Shown: positions 27,150-40,092 of the stretch, in pieces
Layout: every line of letters begins with the position of its first letter
How positions within the stretch are numbered: position 1 is the stretch's first letter
Origin: the human T2T-CHM13v2.0 reference genome, Homo sapiens
Length of the DNA stretch: 64,000 nt
NCBI RefSeq assembly: GCF_009914755.1
Contig: NC_060932.1
Direction: 5' to 3' (one strand)
Notes under the pieces: model-generated
Database searches by the model: none
The model's input: the letters and a program-made list of their open reading frames with translations, nothing else
What the model was told of the DNA's origin: nothing
Program-made: the position numbers and the translations under genes

Positions 27150-29375
27150 CTTGCATTTTTATTTTGATAAATATACATATCATAAAATTTACTATTTTAT
27201 TTATCTCACAATTCAGTGGCATTTAGTACAATCACATGTTGTGTGACCATCACCATTATCTATTTCCAAAATATTTTCATCATCTCAAAAACAAATCCTA
27301 CACTCATTAAGTAGTCACACTCCATTCTCTACTCTCACATCTGGAAACCACTAATCTGTTTTTTTTTTTCTCCATAAATGAACCTATTTTGGATATTTCA
27401 CATAAATGGAGCCATATAATATGTTGCTTATTGTGTCTGGCTTCTTTCACACAGCATAATGTTTTCAAGGTTTATTTATGTCATAGTATGCATCAGAACG
27501 TCGCATCTTTCCGTGTCTGAATAATATTCCATTATACGGATATTTTGTTTACCCATTAGTCAGTTTTGTGAACATTTGAGTTGTTTCTGCCTTTGGGTAT
27601 TATGAATAAAGTGCTATGGAGATTTTTGTACAAATTTTGTTTGAACACCTGCTTTGAATTCCTTGTAGTATGTAACTAAGTTTGAAACTGCTGGGCTATA
27701 TATAAATTCTATGTATAACGTAATTAGGAACTACCAAACTGCTTTTCACTTTGCATTCCAGCAACCTATGAGGGTTCAAATTTCTGCACATCCTTGCCAA
27801 CACTTGATATTAAAAATAATAGTAATCATAGCCACCTAGTGAAGTGGTATATCATTGTGGTTTTGATTGACATTTCACAAATTACTAATGATGTTGAACA
27901 TCTTTTCATGTGCTTGTTAATTATTTGCATGTCTTCTCTGGAGAAGTATATACTCAAGTCCTTTCTTAATCTTTTATAATTTTTGATTTTTTTGTTTGTC
28001 TTTCTGTTGTTGACCTGTAAGATTTTATATATATAAACTCATATATATGTGTGTATATATATTATATGTGTGTATATGTATATATATTATATACCTATGT
28101 ATTCTGGATGCTATATCTTTATAAGAAAATTTACAGATGTTTTTCACATTCTGAGGGTCATCTTTTTACATTCTTGATAATGTTATTTGATGCATATAGA
28201 TTTTTAATTTTGATAAAGTCCAAGTTATCTATTTTTTTAATTGTTGCTTTTGCTTTTCATGTGATATTAAAAATACATTGTCAATCTAATTTCATAAAGA
28301 TTTAAACCATGTATTCATCAAGAGTTTTATAGTTTTCGTTTTTGTGCTGTGTCTTTGATATACTTTCTATATAGTGTGAGATAAGAGCACAATTTAATTC
28401 TTTCACATGTGACTATTTAGTTGTTCCAGAACCATTAGTTGATGAGACTATATTTTTTCTATTGAATGGCCTTGGCACCCTATCAAAATCAATCAATCTC
28501 AGACATACAGGTTTATTTCTGCACTCTAATATTCTATTGCATTGATCTGCACTCCTATGCTTGTGACATTAACACACTGTTTTGAGTATTGTAGCTTTGT
28601 AGAAAGGTGTAAACCAGGAAGTGTGTTTCCTCCTGATATGGTTTGGCTCTGTTTCTCCACTCAAGTATCATTTTGAATTGTAGCTCCCATAATTCCCACG
28701 TGTTGTGGAAGGGACCCAGTGGGAGGTAATTGAATCATGGGGGCTTGTCTTTCCTGTGCTGTTCTCATGATAGTAAATAAGTATCACAATATCTGATGGT
28801 TTTACAAAGGTGAGTTCCCCTGCACACGCTCTCTTGCCTGCCACCATGTAAGACGTGACTTTGCTCCTTTTTTGCCTTCCACCATGATCGTGAGGCCTCC
28901 CCAGCCATGTGGAACTGTGAGTCCATTAAACTTCTTTCCTTTATAAATTACCCAGTCTTGGGTATATCTTTATTAGCAGCATGAGAGCAGACAATACACC
29001 TCCAAAGTTGTTCTTGTTCAAGTTATTTTTGGCTATCCAGAGTTCCTTGAAATTTCATATAAATTGTAGGAACAATGTTTCCATTTCTGCAAAGATGGAT
29101 GTTAAGCATTTGGTAGGGATTATATTGAATCTGTAAATAGCTTTGGCTAATATTGCCATCTTCATAATATTAAATCTTAGAAACCATGACCACAAGATGT
29201 CTTCCATTTATTCAGCTTTTTCTTAATTTTTTTCACTAATATCATGGAGTTTTCTGTGTGCAAGTCTTGTTCCATCTTGGATGAATTTATTCCTCAGTAT
29301 TTTACTCTTGAGATGTGATTATACACTGTATTATTTTCTAATTTTCCTTTTGCATCTTTCACAAATAGAAAACTT
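27150..29375 (-). mobile_element. L1MB-type 3' region interrupted by a THE1 LTR
   Basis: caattcagtggcatttagtaca, caccattatctatttccaaaa, tgtgtctggcttctttcac, tcattgtggttttgatt, gaatggccttggcacc. Confidence 0.85.
28634..28998 (+). mobile_element. THE1B-type MaLR solo LTR
   Basis: tgatatggtttggct...taaattacccagtcttgggta...aataca. Exact 5-bp TSD CCTCC at 28629-28633 and 28999-29003. Confidence 0.93.
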
Positions 29376-31349
29376 TTAAACATAGTTAAAAATCGGATGT
29401 GTTAATGAAAGGAAGCTCAGAAGTGGCAACAGCTTTACTTTGTTTTTACATAAGAAAATAATGTGATTTTTTAAACTATGCTTTCTGTGATTTTCTGCAT
29501 TTTTCATACAAAAATTTAAGAAGCAAAACATTGCACACATATAAACTCCACTGACATAAAAATGCCTCAAGGTGACTGTCAAGGATTCCTGTATCCTTTT
29601 GCCATAATTAAGCCCTGGGACTATTTTTAAGCCCACATCTGCTTTGCTGCTTCTTTTTTCTTTTCAGCAAACCCCAGAAACCCAGCCAGCTCTCCTTTTC
29701 CCTTGGTAGTTCCAACCACAGACTCAATATATTGGTGTCCATCTTCTCTCTTATACTCTCCACCAAATTAGCCTTTGAGTGTAATGCCTCAGAGAGGCAG
29801 TTAGAGTTTCTTAAGCTCTTATTACCTGAGAGACAAGTTTATTTTCAGATCATTCTAATAGCTTGGATGGGAGCAGGGGGTAGTTAGAGTCAGGACCTGA
29901 TTACTAGAACAGACAACCTTAAAATAAATAAAAGGACTCTTAATGAGAAAACAGTGAATTGAAAGCCTTTGACCTTATATTGCTACTTATAACTAAATGA
30001 AATCAAATCAGGAAATACACATAAAACTGTATTTCATGGTGTTGCTTTTCCTCCTCTCCCCTTTTCACAAATTTTCTTTGTTCTTTTGGTGATTTGTGAT
30101 TTTTCAGGATTAATCCTTTTGAGAAGTCTTTCATCACCTAAGAGAAACTAAATCTTATCTTAGGTAAGGTTCTGTTTAGGAAGCTCCTTTGTTTTAACCT
30201 GATTGTATTTTCTTCTATCTTAGCCTCTCTTCCTTTCAAAAAGTCACCTTTATCTTTTGAAATTCATCCACCTTTAAGCTTAATATTACAAAAATATGTA
30301 TCTATATAAACATATATATTTAATCATTTAAAGGCTTTTTTCTCTTTTCCTTTTAAAAACTCGTTTGAAGTTTCCCCTGCTGTCTGCTATGTAGAGGGAA
30401 AATAGCCAGCGATAATTGAATAGATTTGTACATGGGAATGAGAGAGAGTCTGAAGGTAGGGATAAATGACAGGTAGCTATTCCAGTAGTGAGGTAAGGAA
30501 TGCAAAACTTCTCTAGCTAACCAGGGCAATCATTATTCTCTTAGAGCAAAAAATCCTTTTATTTGCTAAATTCAGTAACTTTTTAATTACTATGGTTAGT
30601 AGTATATGTGTGTGTGCATGTATAGAATGAGTAAAAGAGTAAATCTGGCTTTCAAAAATATAAAATATATCATTAGTAATCAACTTAAAATGTGCAATTT
30701 AAGTATACTTTGTATAAAGTACTGCATTCTCAATGAATTTTCTAAAGAAATAACTTATTATAAGCTCTGGTATCTGCCCACCTCTCTGGAAATGGTCTAA
30801 CTTGAATCATCTGTTCACTTCCTCTCCATTTCATGTCTTAGAAGTTTCTTTCTAGTTTTATTTTGATTCAGAGATTTTTAAATTATTCTTTTTTGTGTGT
30901 AGTTGAGGTTGATTTAAATACAGGATTTCTGAAGTATGGAAAAAGATTGGCCTGTGATAGAAAGTTCAAAGGAAATTTTGTTCCATTATGAATACCAAGT
31001 ACAAAACAGGCAAATTGTTCCTTAGAATTTTGTGGGTTGGTAAGCGACACACAGAATGAAACCTGAAGTATTCCTTAAGAAGTGCAGGAGAACCTAATCA
31101 TGTTGTCAGATTCACCTCTGCCCCTTTCCATGATATTTGATGTATTCAGCAAATTGGAGAAACATTCAATTTTTCCTTTCTTATTCATTAAATGCTGACT
31201 TGCTGGCTCCCGTCAATCTGCAGCTCTCAAATCATGCTACTGTCACCAGAAAATAGAAAATGGCACGGCAACAAATTCAAAACTGACTCTGAGCTTCAAA
31301 TGACTATATTTTATTTTTAAAAACTAATCAAAGAAATATCAGTTGAAAT

Positions 31350-31411
31350 GTATTAGCTGAGTGTCTTCACAGTTTCAGTTGTATTAGCTGAGTGTCCTCA
31401 CAGTTTCAGTT
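31350..31411. repeat. 31-bp tandem duplication
   Basis: gtattagctgagtgtc(t/c)tcacagtttcagtt twice, one mismatch. Confidence 0.95.
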
Positions 31412-31435
31412 CATTTGCTCCCTCTTAACTAGTAG

Positions 31436-31826
<391 letters not shown>

Positions 31827-33479
31827 TGAAAGATATAAAAAGAGAAATGTAGCCAAAAATATAAATTTTTCCTAGTAAGAGGGTCTTCAGTGCAGCAAAA
31901 TTCATGTATTCTCTGTTAGGGATATTGCAATGGGGAATTTTGGAAAAAGAGGGAAGAAAGTTTTTGGAACTACTTTTGGGTGAATGAAATAAAAAGCAAG
32001 TCAAACAAAGGAAATATTAAGATTTGCATGACCTCTCCTGGCCTTCTAGCCATCTCTAGAGAGACATTGTCAGAATGTATGAACTTTAAACAAAATTTTC
32101 CAGAAAATTCTGATTTTCATTTCTTGTCTTCCACACCCTCAACCTTGGCCAACTGTTCTACCAGATAAGGGAATAAATGGAGACAATATTTGAATGGCCC
32201 ATCTCGAATGGTAATTTAGTTTAATGCTTTTTCCTCCACAATGTTTCATTTATCTTATGATAAAAGGGTAATACATAGCGAGAAGGAGATACATGAAAAA
32301 TTTTCATCTACAACCTTGGCTGTCTTATGCTGTGTATCTCAACAAAATTATGTCTTTTGATAAATTTGAGACAACAGGTGCTAACAAATCATTGCTAACA
32401 ATGAAATTAGAACAAAAACACTAACAACCAAAAATTGTTAAAATTATAGGGGAAAAAACCCAGCACTGCATAAGTACTTCTAAAGGAAATGAATGTTTTC
32501 ATCCCACTTTATTTTTCACAGTAGAGGTTGAAAGAAAAAAGGAAAAAAAAATAGTAATATAATAACCTTTGTTGTATTAGGAAGTCCCAGTGGCTCTTCT
32601 CTTCATGAGAGCTTTGTTTCTGTTTCTTTCATTAATAAAAGCTGTCAGCAGATAAAATGAAACAAACAAACAAAAAATCCAAAGAGCAGTTTTTGAATAA
32701 TTTCTAGGTAATGAGGTTTACTGTGAGAAAACACACGATGTAGTCATTTTATGACCCGTTATGTTATTAGACAGTGGAACCATTCTACTGTGTTAGACTC
32801 CCTTATTGCATTTCTAATAAAACCACAGGCAACAGTTCTAAATGGCATGTGTTGTTTACTTCAAGGCTTTTGTTAGTGACAAAAATAAATTATAGTAGCA
32901 TATAATAATACATGGTTTTGGTCATTTCGCTTGCTTTGAACATATTTTGGGATTTGTGCGAAGTTTTAACCAATAAGCTAAAGAAAACCTTAATAGAAAC
33001 AGTTATGGGATACAGCATCATATTTTATGTCTTTGTAAGTGTACTAAGTGATAGAATCAAACATTTTTATAATTTTGTATAGGTTAGAAAAGTCATGTGA
33101 CATTATCAATCAAACAAATGCTTGTAATTCTCTACTGCAATTTTACATATTATAGAACAGACCCAGACAGGTAAACAGCTTGTTTACTTGTTTAAAATAG
33201 TATACCTTTCCTCTGCTATACCAGAAAATAAATGGAATTTTTTTGAGTCTCACTTTAGTAACTCTCAAATAATCTCTTATTTCTAATAGGATTATCCTTG
33301 GATTTGAATTCTTACCAGTTTTGCCAATTCTAGTGATCAGCTGGTTCTCTTGAGTGAACTGAACTGTGTGTGTGTTTGGCTCCCTTACGATCTTTTAGAA
33401 TAAATCCGTTCTTAATCAAGACCTTAAGTCAAATCCTTGACCTACATGCAAAATTTAGTATTTTTAAATTAACCCATAC

Positions 33480-33555
33480 AAATATTTATCTGTAAAATTA
33501 GAGGGTTGGACAAAATCATTTTTAAAATCCTTTATAGCTCCAAATACCTATTAAT
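33480..33555 (+). mobile_element. MIR3/MIRc 3' fragment
   Basis: atctgtaaaattagagggttggacaaaatcatttttaaaatcctttatagctc. Confidence 0.55.
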
Positions 33556-33767
33556 TTTTGAGATCCATTTATTCAGAAAGAGGTTATTTTTTTCTCTTTC
33601 CTAATTTGGTAATCAGATTTTGTAACTCAAGTGAAATGATTCAAAACTAGCAGTATTGAACCCGTTATACACATAGAATGCAATACTATTTTTGAAGCAA
33701 GGAAATCATTGAGCTATATTTTAAGATTACAGTAAACATACATATTTATATGCTGATGTAAATCATA

Positions 33768-33880
33768 TTTATTCTTTTATTTATTCCTCCAACAATTATT
33801 AATTACTGAGCTCCTACATGCCATTGACTTTTTTGGTGTTGAGATTCCCAAATGAACATGAATTTTGACCTTGAGCTGGA
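33768..33880 (-). mobile_element. L2 3' end fragment
   Basis: tttattc...caacaattattaattactgagctcctacatgcca. Confidence 0.5.
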
Positions 33881-34002
33881 ACTAAAAGACTCCACTCAAC
33901 ATTATAAATTATTTAATGAAATATTTATAGTAGTAACTTAAAAATGATTATAGTATGTGTTCATATAAAAAGTAAAATCTTCAGTAAAACTTAGTGCTTA
34001 CC

Positions 34003-34574
34003 CAGTAAAAGAAACTATCATCAGAGTTAATAGACAACCTACAGAATGGGAGAAAATTTTTGCAATCTGTTTATCTGACAAAGGTCTAATATCCAGAGTC
34101 TACAAGGAAATTAAACAAATTTACAAGAGAAAAACAACAAAAAAGCATTAAAAAGTGTGCAAAATACATGAACAGACACTTCTCAAAAGAAGACACTCAT
34201 GTGGCCAATAAACATATGAAAAACAGCTCAACAGCACTAATTCTCATTAGAGAAATGCAAATCCAAAGCACAATGAGATACCATCTCATGCCAGTCAGAA
34301 TGGTGATTATTAAAAAGTCAAGAAACAACAGATGCTGGTGAGGCAGTGTAGAAAAAGGAATGCTTTTACACTATTAGTGGGAGTGTTAATTAGTTCAACC
34401 ATTGTGGAAAACAGTGCGGTGATTCCTCAAAGATCTAGAAGCAGAAATGCCATTTGACCCATCAATACCATTACTGAGTATATACCCAGTGGAATATAAA
34501 TCATGCTATTATAAAGATACATGCACAAGTATATTCACTGCAGCACTATTCACAATAGCAAAGACATGAAATCA
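34003..34574 (+). mobile_element. L1PA ORF2 C-terminal fragment without 3'UTR or tail
   Basis: aaagaaactatcatcagag...caacctacagaatgggagaaaatttttgcaatc...ctattcacaatagcaaagacatg, then ends abruptly. Confidence 0.92.
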
Positions 34575-36659
34575 GGTTGAAAAGTCACGTGGTAGAAACC
34601 TTCACAGCTGCATCTTTCTGGGCCTCAGTGATAACACTTATCTCTAAAATTCCATATTTTTTTGGCTTACACTTTAATTAGGTAGGAGCCCTTTCATGGC
34701 ATGCTCTTACATTTACTATCAAAATCGCCCTTGTTCCACATGTCCGGGATCCAGTGTGTGTTTCTGCTACTTGCTGAATATATTGTTTCAACCACGTAAT
34801 TGAGAACTTGGAAAGAAACTATGGAATGTGTTGAAGTATATTATACCCACTTTGAGATCAATTGGGGACAAAAATTCCATTAATCACCTGATCTCTATGG
34901 GTCACTATGCTGACTACTGTACTACGGTATTGTTTTGGATCTCAAGGAATTAACGATAATTTAGCATCTTTCTCGATTAATATTCAAAAGTTTGGTTATT
35001 TCCTCTTCCTCAGTGTATAGTTGCCATGGTGAGGCTTCAAGTTCCTCTGGTGCAGGCCAAATTTGGCTTAGTAACTTTTCTTTTTATTAATTAAGAAAGT
35101 TTTAGGGCCAAGATGGCCAACTAGAAGAAGTGGTGATCAGAGGCTCCCATAAAAAGAATCATAACAGCATTTGAAACCTGAACCAGCAACTGATGTGTCC
35201 AGGTTCTGTCATCAGAACTGACTATGCGGCTGGCGTGATCCACAGAGAGGAAGGAAGAGCAGTGTGGTGCTAGAGGCCACCTGAGAGTTTCAGGCCCCCT
35301 AAGGTTTCAGACCCATAGAGATCAGAGTTCTGTCCCTGAGCCTCTGGCTGAAGTTGTCAGAGTTCCTGTAGGGAGGCCCCACCCAGTGAGGAGGGATGGG
35401 TCAAGGTCAGGCCTGAAGAGGCATTCTGTCTATAGTCTGACACAACCAGTGTGTTGGGCTGTGGGGGATACCTCTTGGGGACCAAGCCATGCAGCCTGAG
35501 AGCCACACGGGGCAGAGGAACTCCCACCCCCAAACCAAGTGAGATGGTTAGTGAGTGTGCTACCCAGCCTGGGAAACGTGCATGGAACTGTGCAACCCAT
35601 GGATTGGAAGATCCCACTCATGAGCCCATGCCTCCAGGGCCTAAGGTCCCAACCACAGAGCCAAGCGGATTCTCAACAGCCACTAAGCTAGAATCTGCTT
35701 AAGCCTGCTGAACATCTTGGGGGAAGGGTGACCAGCACCACAGCTGTGGCTGTCTGTTGTCTAAGCCATTTGAGCTCCTTGAGGGAGGGGCAGCAGCCCC
35801 ATTGGGACGGATAGTCACCTAACACAGTGAACTCCCAGGGCAAGGGAAGGCTGGCAGCCATCTCTATAGCTCCAGGCCACATTTTTCCACTGCTGGAGCT
35901 GGGAAGGCTGCATGGCTTGGTCCCAAGGAGGTATCCCACACAGACCAACATACTGGCTATATCAGACTCTAGACAGAATGCCTCTTCAGGCCTGACCTTG
36001 ATCCATCCCTCCTCACTGGGTGGGGCCTCCCTACAGGAACTCTGACAACTTCAGCCAGAGGCTCAGGGACAGAACTCTGATCTCTATGGGCCTGAAACCC
36101 GAGGGGGAGGAGTGGCCACAGTCTCCATGAGCCGGCAGACTTAGTCTTTCCTCCTGCTAGTTCTGAAGAATCCGGAAAACGAGTGGGTTTCCCCCCAGCG
36201 AAACACACCCCCTCCACCAAGGGACAGTCAAAGTGCTTTGTTAAACATGTCCTGCTCCCCCATGCCACGAAACTAGGTGAGATCCTCCAACAGGGGTTAT
36301 CAGACACTCTATACGGGAGCATTCCTACCGGCATCAGGTCAATGCCCCTCAAGGTCAGAGATCCCAGAGGAAGAAGCAGGCACCCATCTTTGCTGTTCTC
36401 CAGTCTTCTTGAGTGATATCTCTGGATGTGGGAGTGAACCAAATGAATAGCGCCTGAAGCGAACCCCTAGCAAACCACAGCAGCCCTACAGAGGAGGGAC
36501 CTGACCATTGCAAGAAAAAGAAACAAACAGAAAGCAACAACAACAGCATCAACAAAAAAAGTTCCCACAAAAACCCCATCCAAGGGTCAAAGGTGGGTAG
36601 TAACAAAATTTGCTGAGCTAAAGGAGTATGTTAGTAGCCTCAAAGATTGAAACTAGACA

Positions 36660-37676
36660 AACTCGTGAAGAAGAGAAGGAATCAACAAAAATATGCTGAA
36701 AACCCAAAAGGCCAGAGTGCTGCTTCTCCTCCGAATGTTAGCAATGCCTCTCCATCAAGGGATCAGAACTGGACAGAGGATGAGATGGACAAATGGACAG
36801 AAGTAGGCTTCAGAAGGTGGTTCTTTAGCTCTTTGCTGAGCTAAAGGAGTATGTTATAACCCAATGCAAAGAGGCTAAGAATTTTGATAAAAGGTTACAG
36901 GAGTGGCTAACTAGAATAACCAGTTTAGAGAGGCACATAAACGACCTAATCAAGCTAAAACACAACATAAAAACTTTGTGAAGGATACAAAAGTATCAAT
37001 AGCCAACTCAATGAAGCAGAAGAAAGGATATCAGAGTTTAAAGACTATCTTGCTGAAAAGTGGCATGCAGATAAGATTAGAGAAAAAAGAATGAAAAGGA
37101 ATGAACAAAGCTTCTGAAAAATACAGGACTATTTTAAAAGACTGAAACTACAATTGATGGGAGTACCTGAAAGAGATGGGGAGAATGGAACCAAATTGGA
37201 AAACACGCTTCAGGATATTATCCGGGAGAACTTCCCCAACCTAGCAAGACAGGCCAACATGCAAATTCAGGAAATAGAGAGAACACCAGTAAGATACTCC
37301 ACAAGAAGATCAACCCCAAGACTCATAATCATCAGATCCTCCTAGGTCGAAATGAGAAACAAACAAACAAACAGAACAAAACATGTTAAGGGCAGCCAGA
37401 AAGAAAGACCAGGTCACCTACAAAGGAAAGCCCATCAGAATAACAGCAGACATATCAACAGATACCCAACAAACCAGAAGGGAGTGAGAGCCAATATTCA
37501 ACATTCTTAAAGAAAAGAATTTTCAACCCTGAATTTCATATCCAGCCAAACTAAGTTTCATAAACAAGGAGAAATAAAATCCTTTCTAGACAAGTAAATG
37601 CTGAGGGATTTCATCACCACCAGGCCTGCCTTGCAAAAGCTCCTGAAGGAAGCACTAAATATGGAAAGGAAAAACC
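36660..37676 (+). pseudogene. Disrupted L1 ORF1p coding remnant
   Basis: ORFs 36647-36844 and 37154-37345 translate to L1 ORF1p-like peptides, with multiple stops and frameshifts. Confidence 0.85.
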
Positions 37677-39375
37677 AATATGATTCTACATTTAGAAAAC
37701 CCCATTATCTCAGCCCCAAAATATCTTAAGCTGATAAGCAACTTAGGCAAAGCCTCAGGATACAAAATCAATGTGCAAAAACCCCAAGCATTTCTATACC
37801 CTAATAATAAACAAGCAGAAAGCCAAATCATGAATGAACTCCCATTCACAATTGCTACAAAGAGAATAAAATACCTAGGAATACAAATTACAAGGAATAT
37901 GAAGGACCTCTTCAAGGAGAACTACAAACCACTGCTCAATGAAATAAGAGAGGACACAAACAAATGGAAAAAAAAATCCATGCTCATGGATAGGAAGAAT
38001 CAATACCCTGAAAATGGTCATACTGCCCAAAGTTCTATTCCCATCAAACTACCATTGACATTTTTCAAAGAATTAGGAAAAACTACTTTAAATTTCATAT
38101 GAAACGAAAACAGGGCTCATATAGGCAAACAATCCTAAGCCAAAAGAACAAAGCTGGAGTCATTACACTACCTGACTTCAAACTATACTACAAGGCTACA
38201 GTAACCAAAACAGCATGATACTGATACCAAAACAGACATATAGACCAATGAAACAGAATAGAGACCTCAGAAATAACACCACATATCTATAACCATCTGA
38301 TCCTCGACAAACCGGACAAAAACTAGCAACAGGGAAAGGATTTTCTATTTAATAAATGGTGCCAGGAAAACTGGCTAACCATATGCAGAAAACTGAAACT
38401 GAAGTCCTTCCTTACACCTTATGCAAAAATTACCTCAAGATGGATTAAAGACTTAAATGTGAAACCCCAAAACCTACAAACCCTGGAATAAAACCTAGGC
38501 TATATCATTCAGGACATAGGCATGGGCAAAGACTTCATGATGAAAATGCCAAAAGCAATGGCAACAAAAGCCAAAATGGACAAATGGGATTTCATTAAAC
38601 TAAGGAGCTTCTGCACAGCAAAAGAAACTATTATCAGAGTGTACAGGCAACCTACAGAGTGGGAGAAGATCTTTCCAAGATTGTAGATTCTATTATCCAG
38701 AATCTACAAGGAACTTAAACAAATTTACAAGGAAAAAACAAAAAAAACATCAAAAAGCAGTCAAAGGACATGAACAGACACTTTTCAAAACAATACATTT
38801 ATGCAGCCAACAAACATGAAAAAAAGCTCAACATCACTGGTCGTTAGATAAATGCAAATCAAAACCGCAATGAGATACCATCTCATGCCAGTCAGAATGG
38901 TGATTATTAAAATGTCAAGAAACTAAATGCTGGTGAGGATGTGGAGAAATAGGAACACTTTTACACTTTTGGTGGGAATATAATTTAGTTCAACAATTGT
39001 AGAAGACAGTGTGGCAATTCCTCTAGGATCTAGAACTAGAAATACCATTTGACCCAGCAATCCCATTACTGGGTATATACCCAAAGGAATATAAATCATT
39101 CTACTAAAAAGACACATGCACACTTATATTTATTGCAGCACTGTTTACAATAGCAAAGACATGGAACCAACCCAAATGCCCATCAATGATAGACTGGATA
39201 AAGAAAATGTAGTACATATACACCATGGAATACTATGCAGCCATAAAAAGGAACAAGATCATGTCCTTTGCAGGGACATGAATGGAGCTGGAAGCTGTCA
39301 TTCTCCACAAACTAATGCAGGAATAAAAGGCCAAACACCGCATGTTCTCACTTTTAAGTGGGAGCTGAATGATGA
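37677..39375 (+). pseudogene. Disrupted L1 ORF2p remnant (from just after the RT catalytic motif to the C-terminus)
   Basis: ORF 37680-38102 gives MILHLENP...[24 protein letters not shown]. Endonuclease and N-terminal RT regions are absent. Confidence 0.88.
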
Positions 39376-39679
39376 GAGCACATGGACACATCAGGTGGAA
39401 CAACACACACTGGGCCCTGGAGTCGCGGAGGGGGAGCATCAGGAAGAATAGGTAATGGATGTCCAGCTTAATACCAAGGTGATGGGTTGATCTGTGCAGC
39501 AAACCTCCATGGCACACGTTTACCTATGTAACAAACTTATGAATCCTGCACATGTACCCTAGGACTTAAAATAAAAGTCAAAAGGAAAAAAAGAAGACGT
39601 AGTGCTTACCTTGCTTAGGAAGCAAAATAAATTACCTAAAATATTTTCTTTTGTTTTAGTTGGATGTTTAATGATATAT

Positions 39680-40092
39680 GTAGAGATTAGATAGATAGAT
39701 AGATAACCAGATATACAAATAGAGATTTATTTTAAGGAATTCACTCACGTGATTGTGGAGACTGACAAATGTGAAATTTACAGGGCAGGCCAGCAGGTTG
39801 GAGGCCCAGGGAAAAGCTGATGTTGGGTGCTGAGTCTGAAGGTAGTCTGGAAGCAGAATTCCTTGCTTCTCAGAAGACCTCAGGGGACTTCAGTATTTTT
39901 GTGTTAAGTCTTTCACTGATTGCATGGGGGTACACCCACATTGTGGAGGGTAATCTGCTTTAATCAAGGTCTACTGACTTTAGTTTTAATCAGATATTAA
40001 AAATACCTTCACAGCAGCATCCAGTATGGTGTTTTATCAAACATCTGCACACCATAGCCTAGCCACATTAACACATATAATTAATCATCACT
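39680..40092 (-). mobile_element. MLT2 (C/D-like) ERVL LTR with (GATA)n tract
   Basis: agagatttattttaaggaatt...cagggcaggccagcagg...cccacattgtggagggtaatctgcttt...cacatataattaatcatcac. Confidence 0.8.

Larger units (their letters stand above)
35105..39593 (+). mobile_element. L1PA8-like (L1P3) element: 5'UTR, decayed ORF1, internally deleted ORF2, 3'UTR and A-rich tail
   Basis: Starts gggccaagatggccaactagaag. ORF1 peptide GVPERDGENGTKLENTLQDIIRENFPNLARQAN. ORF2 peptide [30 protein letters not shown]. Ends ctgcacatgtaccctaggacttaaaataaaa. Confidence 0.93.

Noticed and set aside
31350-31411. CRISPR-like 31-bp repeats
   Set aside because: Only two adjacent copies, no spacer, eukaryotic context.
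35969-36442. 157-aa antisense ORF in the L1 5'UTR as ORF0
   Set aside because: It lies in a GC-rich older 5'UTR where long chance ORFs are common, and I cannot match it to the known ORF0 peptide.
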